In this document: positions 59,393-64,000 of the stretch, piece after piece
Layout of the letters: the number at the start of each line of letters is the position of its first letter
Numbering within the stretch: the first letter of the stretch is position 1
Source of the DNA: an uncultured delta proteobacterium
GTDB lineage: Bacteria > Myxococcota > Myxococcia > Myxococcales > Myxococcaceae
Direction of reading: 5' to 3'
NCBI GenBank assembly: GCA_963713045.1
Contig: CAVQKE010000001.1
Span: 512,001 to 576,000 of the forward strand
DNA length: 64,000 nucleotides
Notes under the pieces: generated by a model
Told to the model about the DNA's origin: nothing
What the model saw: only the letters and a program-made list of their open reading frames with translations
The model's database searches: none
Translations under genes and position numbers: made by a program

Positions 59393-60875
59393 TTAGAAGC
59401 TCCCCGCGACGAGCGCGCCGCCGCCACCTGGAATGAGACTGGGCGCAACGGAGACGCTCGTCGTGCCGTGACCGCCCACGACGAGCAACACCACGCCGGT
59501 AGCCAGGGCCGCCAGCCCAATGCCTCCCGCGACGACCGCCAGGGTTTGTCTGGACTTGATGGTGTTATTGGCCGACGCGAATTCGCTCTGGTAGTTCGGC
59601 GGGAAGGCCCCGTTGACCTGCTTGGCGCTCAACGAATTTTTGGCGTCGTTGGCCGAGATGAAAGCAGCGACGCCCACCCCCACGCCGAGCAGGCCGACGC
59701 CACCCACCACCCAGCCAGCGATTTGAAGGCCGGTATTGGGATGGCTGACCGGGGCGGCGGCCGGAGTCGGCTTCGGGGCACTGGAGACGGTCACAATGGG
59801 TGGAGGGACGTCGGTGTCGCCTTTGGGCAGAACTTCCACCTGCGGCGCCGGGTGCCCGGTCTGAAAAAAAGCGGCCAAGGTCGCGAACGCCTCGCTTTCG
59901 GGGGAACCGGCGAGAAGCTTGACGCGGGCGGTTTGCAGTTGGTTTCCCTCGGCAGTGACTTCGGTGACGCTGGCATAGCGGCCCGCGCCCCAATTGAGAG
60001 TGCGAACGCCGTAGATTTTGCCCGCGTGCAGCAGGGGAAGCAGCCGCGCGAGCGCCGTGGCCATCTCTGGCACCGGCTCGACGCAGGGGCCGCCGTCCGG
60101 TGCGACGGCCCCTTCCACCGCAGCGGCCAGTTCGACCGTCTTGGTCGGCGTGGGGGGCGCCGGAACGGTGACGGTGCGCGACAGACCGCGGTATCCCCAG
60201 TCCACTTCGACGCGGTAGTCGCCCGCCGGCAGACGGAGCGAGAGGGGGGCGGCACCGACGGGCTTGCCGCCCACAAATGTCGGCCGGCCGGGCGGAGAGA
60301 GGTCGATGTCCAGTCGGTTGGTGGGCAGCTTTTTCGCGGCCTTCCGCACGTCATCTGCGAAGCGCTGGAAGGAGGGCGGATACACCGAAGTATCCGGCTT
60401 GTAATTGGGGTCCACCCAGAAGAGCCGACTCAGCGTCGCGGCGGCGGTGGCGCGGTCGGTCTTCAGCTCCATCTGGGCCTGGAAGGTGAGCATGTCGCGC
60501 TCGGCCAACCAGCGGGCCTCGGAGGGCATGAGCCGGACGATGTCGTCGAGGGCGCCCTTCACCGCGGAGAGGGCCGCATCCGCCTTGTCCGAATAAAAGT
60601 CGTCTGCGGGCCGAGGTGAGGGCGGCCAGCAATTCGGGGAGGGTGCGCTCGGCCAACCCGCCGAGCGGCGCGGCGGTCTGCACCTCGGGCTGCACCGAGG
60701 CCCCAACCCGTTGGGTGAGCGCCGTCCGAAAGCTGCGCGCTGCGATGGCACTGCCGGCGACGGCGCATTGGCCGACCGCGACGACGGCACTCTGCGGCGC
60801 CCCTTGAGCCGCGGCGGATTGCGCCGCCAGCGCCAGCGTCGCTGTTGCCCAAGTCCAGGTCCAGCGTGCTCGCAT
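59393..60875 (-). CDS. PEGA-domain exported protein interrupted by a frameshift at ~60605 (pseudogene or assembly indel)
   Basis: Signal MRARWTWTWATATLALAAQSAAAQ in frame 60351..60920. The body (DDFYSDKA..., PEGA P.G....VGG..VG..P...LPAGDY, two C-terminal hydrophobic segments, ..GSF) is in the frame ending at 59393. Confidence 0.75.
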
Positions 60876-60937
60876 CGCCCACCCTCCCCTCGCGCCGCCC
60901 GGGCGCCCCCCTGGGCCCATTCCCGACGGCGCGCGCT

Positions 60938-62587
60938 CTAGTCGGTGATGAAGTTGTACTTCAGCGACTGCGTCTTCCCGGATTCAATGGTCACAATCCA
61001 CTTCTTTGTTGTGCGGTTGACCAGGCGGACGTCATGGACTCCTGGGGACAACGCGATGCGCTTGCTGAGCCCCTCGATGTCGCCGTGGGATTTGCCGTCG
61101 ATGAGAAGCTTCCCCCAGGGCGTGGCCTCCACCACCACAAACCCCGGGGCCTCGGTCGGGGCAGGCGCCGGTGCGGCAGCAGGCGAGGCGACGGCCGGCG
61201 CCGCGGCTGGGGCCGGCGGTCGACTCGACCCCGGGGCGATGGGTGAGGCGCCCGGCGAACTGGCCGTCTCGGCCTGGGGCGCGGGGGCGGCCGGTGGGGG
61301 CGAGGACATGCGCTGGCCCAAGAAGAAGACGGCCACCAGGACTGCGAAGACAGCGAGGCCGACCAGGGCGGCGACGATGTTTTTCCGCGTCCCGCCGACG
61401 CCGGCCCCACCGGCGCCGGTGGTTGGCGAGCGCTGCGTCACCACCGAGGCGACGGCGCCGCCGGTGGGAGTGCCGCCGGGCACGGGCTGTTTTCCGCTTT
61501 GTTTGGTGGTGAAGGCGAAGGCGGCAGCGTCCATGGCCACTGGCGCCATGCCGAGCGAGGGCGTGCCGCCGCGGACGGCGAGCCCCTCGGCCATGCCCGC
61601 TCCTCGGTTGAGAGGCGGCGTGAGGAGCTGGAGGGGAACTTCGGGCTCGGTCTGGTCTGCCTGGAAGTCGTCCGCAAAGAATTCGCGGAGATAGGCGCCG
61701 ACGTCCGCGTCCTCGGGCGAGAGCGTGTGGTGGATGACGTACTGCTGCAAGGCACGTTCGAATTCGTGGGCGTTCTGGTAGCGGCCCACCGGGTCGCGGA
61801 GCAACGCCCGCAGGACGATGCCGTCGAGTTCCTGGTCCACCTCAGAATTGATGCGGGCGGGGGATTCGATGGGCCGCTCCTGGACGGCGCGAAGCACCGC
61901 CACGTCGCTGTCGCCGTCGAAGAGCTTGCCTTGGGTCAACAGCTCCCAGAGGGTGATGCCGAGGGCGAAAATGTCGGTACGCGCGTCCACCGGCTCGCCT
62001 CGGGATTGCTCCGGCGACATGTAGGCGAACTTGCCTTTCAGCATTCCGGCGGTGGTGGCACGGTTTCCGGCCTTGGCGATGCCGAAGTCGGTCAGCTTCA
62101 CGGAGCCGTCGTAGGAGACGAGAATGTTGTGGGGGGTGACGTCCCGGTGGACCAGGTTGAGGGGCTTGCCGTGGTCCGTCATCCGGTGGGCATAAGCCAG
62201 CCCCCGCGCTACCTCGAGCGCGATTTGCGCGGCCAGCACGGCGGGGAACTTCGACTGGCGTTCGCGGGTCCGCCGCTGCACCTCCGCCAGGGACTTGCCC
62301 CGCACGTATTCCATCGCCAGGTAGTAGCTGTCCCCGTGCTGGTCGAAGTCGAAGATGTGGACGATGTTGGGGTGGTTCAGCTTGCTGGCCACCCGCGCTT
62401 CGGCGATGAACATCTGGACAAAGCTCGGGTCATCGGCGAGCGCTGAGCGGATGCGCTTGATGACGACTTCTTTCTCGAAGCCCTCTGGGCCGCGAGAGGC
62501 AGCCAGGAAAATCTCCGCCATTCCGCCTTCGGCAATCTTGCGCCGAACGACGTAGCGGCCGACGGGGGTCCCTGGAGTCAACGACAC
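60938..62587 (-). CDS. Membrane Ser/Thr protein kinase (Hanks type) with C-terminal PEGA-like domain
   Basis: IAEGGMAEIF, VIKRI, HRDVTPHN, DFGIAK, GKFAYMSPEQ, DIFALG, TM, PWG...IDG. Confidence 0.95.
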   Translation of the reverse strand: MSLTPGTPVGRYVVRRKIAEGGMAEIFLAASRGPEGFEKEVVIKRIRSALADDPSFVQMFIAEARVASKLNHPNIVHIFDFDQHGDSYYLAMEYVRGKSLAEVQRRTRERQSKFPAVLAAQIALEVARGLAYAHRMTDHGKPLNLVHRDVTPHNILVSYDGSVKLTDFGIAKAGNRATTAGMLKGKFAYMSPEQSRGEPVDARTDIFALGITLWELLTQGKLFDGDSDVAVLRAVQERPIESPARINSEVDQELDGIVLRALLRDPVGRYQNAHEFERALQQYVIHHTLSPEDADVGAYLREFFADDFQADQTEPEVPLQLLTPPLNRGAGMAEGLAVRGGTPSLGMAPVAMDAAAFAFTTKQSGKQPVPGGTPTGGAVASVVTQRSPTTGAGGAGVGGTRKNIVAALVGLAVFAVLVAVFFLGQRMSSPPPAAPAPQAETASSPGASPIAPGSSRPPAPAAAPAVASPAAAPAPAPTEAPGFVVVEATPWGKLLIDGKSHGDIEGLSKRIALSPGVHDVRLVNRTTKKWIVTIESGKTQSLKYNFITD

Positions 62588-62678
62588 GGTTTTGCAGACT
62601 AACCCGACCCCCGGCCAGAGGTCGCGCCCGCCCGTACCTCCGTGGGGCGCCTGGCACCCCCCCGCCGGGGGCCGTTCT

Positions 62679-63296
62679 TCAGTGGACGGCCGGACGGGCC
62701 TTGCGCCGCTTTGTGATGAATTCCATGGTTGACACGAAGAGTTGGTCTTCGGTGTAGCGCCGGCGGTTCCTGCTCGGCCGGGGGACGTGGAAGGCCGGGG
62801 GCCGTTCCAGCCATTGCAGGACTCTCACTGGCCCCCGGTGCGCGAACGCAGCGAGCACCTCCGGCGGACACCGCCTCAAGTAGCGACGGACGAGCGGGCG
62901 AAATGTCTTCCGGAAGGCCACCCCCAGGCAGGCGTGACGACGCGATGGGTCAAGCGTCCCATCAAACGTTGCGCTGACGTGGAAAAGCTCATGGAGGAGC
63001 GTCTCGACCCGCGCTTCGGGGGTGGAGGCCCGGAAGAAAAGTGGCCGCAGGGTGATGCAGTACAGCATCCGCCGCCCATGCAGGCGGACCACCGGCTTGC
63101 GTAAGCCGGTGGCGTCGCGGCTCTTGCCACCGGCGAAGGTCAGCGGCTTGACGCTGCCTCGGGAGGCTCGCCGGGCCTCGCCGGCGACAACCAAAATGCG
63201 CGCGGGTTGGACGTGGGAGAATTCCGGCATCCGGACTGAGACATCGGTCAGCAGCTCCCGGATGGCGCGGTTGAGGTCGAGGGGAGCTCTGGGCAC
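62679..63296 (-). CDS. Putative metallopeptidase (HExxH)
   Basis: TLLHELFH motif in a basic 205-aa protein. Confidence 0.65.
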   Translation of the reverse strand: MPRAPLDLNRAIRELLTDVSVRMPEFSHVQPARILVVAGEARRASRGSVKPLTFAGGKSRDATGLRKPVVRLHGRRMLYCITLRPLFFRASTPEARVETLLHELFHVSATFDGTLDPSRRHACLGVAFRKTFRPLVRRYLRRCPPEVLAAFAHRGPVRVLQWLERPPAFHVPRPSRNRRRYTEDQLFVSTMEFITKRRKARPAVH

Positions 63297-63314
63297 CGGC
63301 TTGGCCTACAAAGC

Positions 63315-63323
63315 ATGGTAGCA
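63315..63323 (-). promoter_or_regulatory. Candidate extended -10 (TGcTACCAT) for the metallopeptidase gene
   Basis: Ends 18 nt upstream of GTG 63296 and is identical to the 20174-20182 motif. Confidence 0.35.
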
Positions 63324-63333
63324 GTTCACCGCG

Positions 63334-64000
63334 GTGACCGTCTTCCTGCTCGGCGAGGACGAGGAGGCGTTTCCGCCCCCAGAGGCGGCGGACAGAAGCG
63401 GTCTGCTCGCGGTGGGGGGAACGCTGACGCCCCGGCGGTTGGTCGCCGGCTACCGGCGCGGGATTTTCCCTTGGTACGCCCCCGGACAGCCCGTCCTTTG
63501 GCACTCGCCGGACCCGCGCTTTGTGCTGCCGCCCGGTCGGCTGCACGTGCCCCGGAGCCTGCGAAAGACGCTGCGTCGAGGTCCCTTCGTTCTCCGGGCC
63601 GACACCGCCTTCGAGCGAGTGGTTGAGGCGTGCGCCGAAAGCCCGCGGCCGGGGCAGGACGGAACGTGGATTACCGCTGAGATGCGCACCGCCTATACCG
63701 CGCTGCACCGCCTCGGCATCGCCCACTCGGTGGAGGCCTGGCAGGGCCAGGCGCTGGTCGGCGGCTTGTACGGCGTGGCTGTGGGCAGCGTCTTCTTTGG
63801 GGAGAGCATGTTCACCCACGTTCCCGACGCCTCCAAGGCGGCCTTCGTCACCCTGGCACAGGCGCTGTTCGCCGCCGGGTGCCGGCTCATCGATTGCCAA
63901 GTGGAGACCGAGCATCTGGAGCGCTTCGGCGCCGAGGCCTGGCCTCGCCGTCGGTTTTTGCGCGAGTTGGCCAGCGCCGTGGAGGGCCCGTCCCTTGTGT
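63334..64000 (+). CDS. aat: Leucyl/phenylalanyl-tRNA--protein transferase (3' end outside window)
   Basis: Manual translation (not in the ORF track): FPPPEAADRSGLLAVGG...YRRGIFPWY...LWHSPDPRFVL...GTWIT...AHSVEAW...GGLYGV..G..FFGESMF...ASK...IDCQ. Confidence 0.93.
   Translation, partial: MTVFLLGEDEEAFPPPEAADRSGLLAVGGTLTPRRLVAGYRRGIFPWYAPGQPVLWHSPDPRFVLPPGRLHVPRSLRKTLRRGPFVLRADTAFERVVEACAESPRPGQDGTWITAEMRTAYTALHRLGIAHSVEAWQGQALVGGLYGVAVGSVFFGESMFTHVPDASKAAFVTLAQALFAAGCRLIDCQVETEHLERFGAEAWPRRRFLRELASAVEGPSLV

Noticed and set aside
62679..63296. Prophage remnant suggested by a phage-like metallopeptidase
   Set aside because: No integrase, structural genes or att sites. It is flanked by ordinary chromosomal genes.
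63315..63626. ORF-track 103-aa plus-strand ORF
   Set aside because: Wrong frame. The real gene is aat, starting at GTG 63334.

Overview
High-GC window, very probably from a myxobacterium (Myxococcota), judged by the MYXO-CTERM protein, Mts/Glt-like genes, FHA-sigma54 activator and Ser/Thr kinase with PEGA domains. From left to right: (1) an aminotransferase and hflX; (2) a divergent putative Ni/Cu/Co acquisition locus with a His-rich leader ORF and frameshift-interrupted TonB-dependent receptor on the minus strand, and HupE/UreJ, a split DUF4331 pair and a TPR lipoprotein on the plus strand, with CATCC-N16-CGTA ECF-type promoter motifs on both arms; (3) a glycolate/lactate utilisation operon (permease-aceB-glcDEF); (4) two paralogous lipoproteins, a DEGS-like sphingolipid desaturase, gpsA, a two-component pair, an FHA protein and a methyltransferase; (5) a ~31 kb envelope super-locus with an FHA-sigma54 activator, mtsA-F-like genes (diheme beta-propeller, three vWA/Ca-repeat lipoproteins, a thrombospondin-3/MYXO-CTERM protein), Ig-like lipoproteins, a Tat-exported GMC dehydrogenase pair and a motor-less Glt/Nfs-paralogous module (GltF-, GltG-, OM barrel-, GltC-, GltD-like and TPR proteins); (6) a DUF6600-like protein, an Ig lipoprotein, a frameshifted PEGA protein, a Ser/Thr kinase, a putative metallopeptidase and aat. 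Exported lipoproteins are strikingly enriched in D-[AG]-G tripeptides. No rRNA, tRNA, CRISPR array or mobile element was seen. All family calls come from motif recognition by eye, not from database searches.
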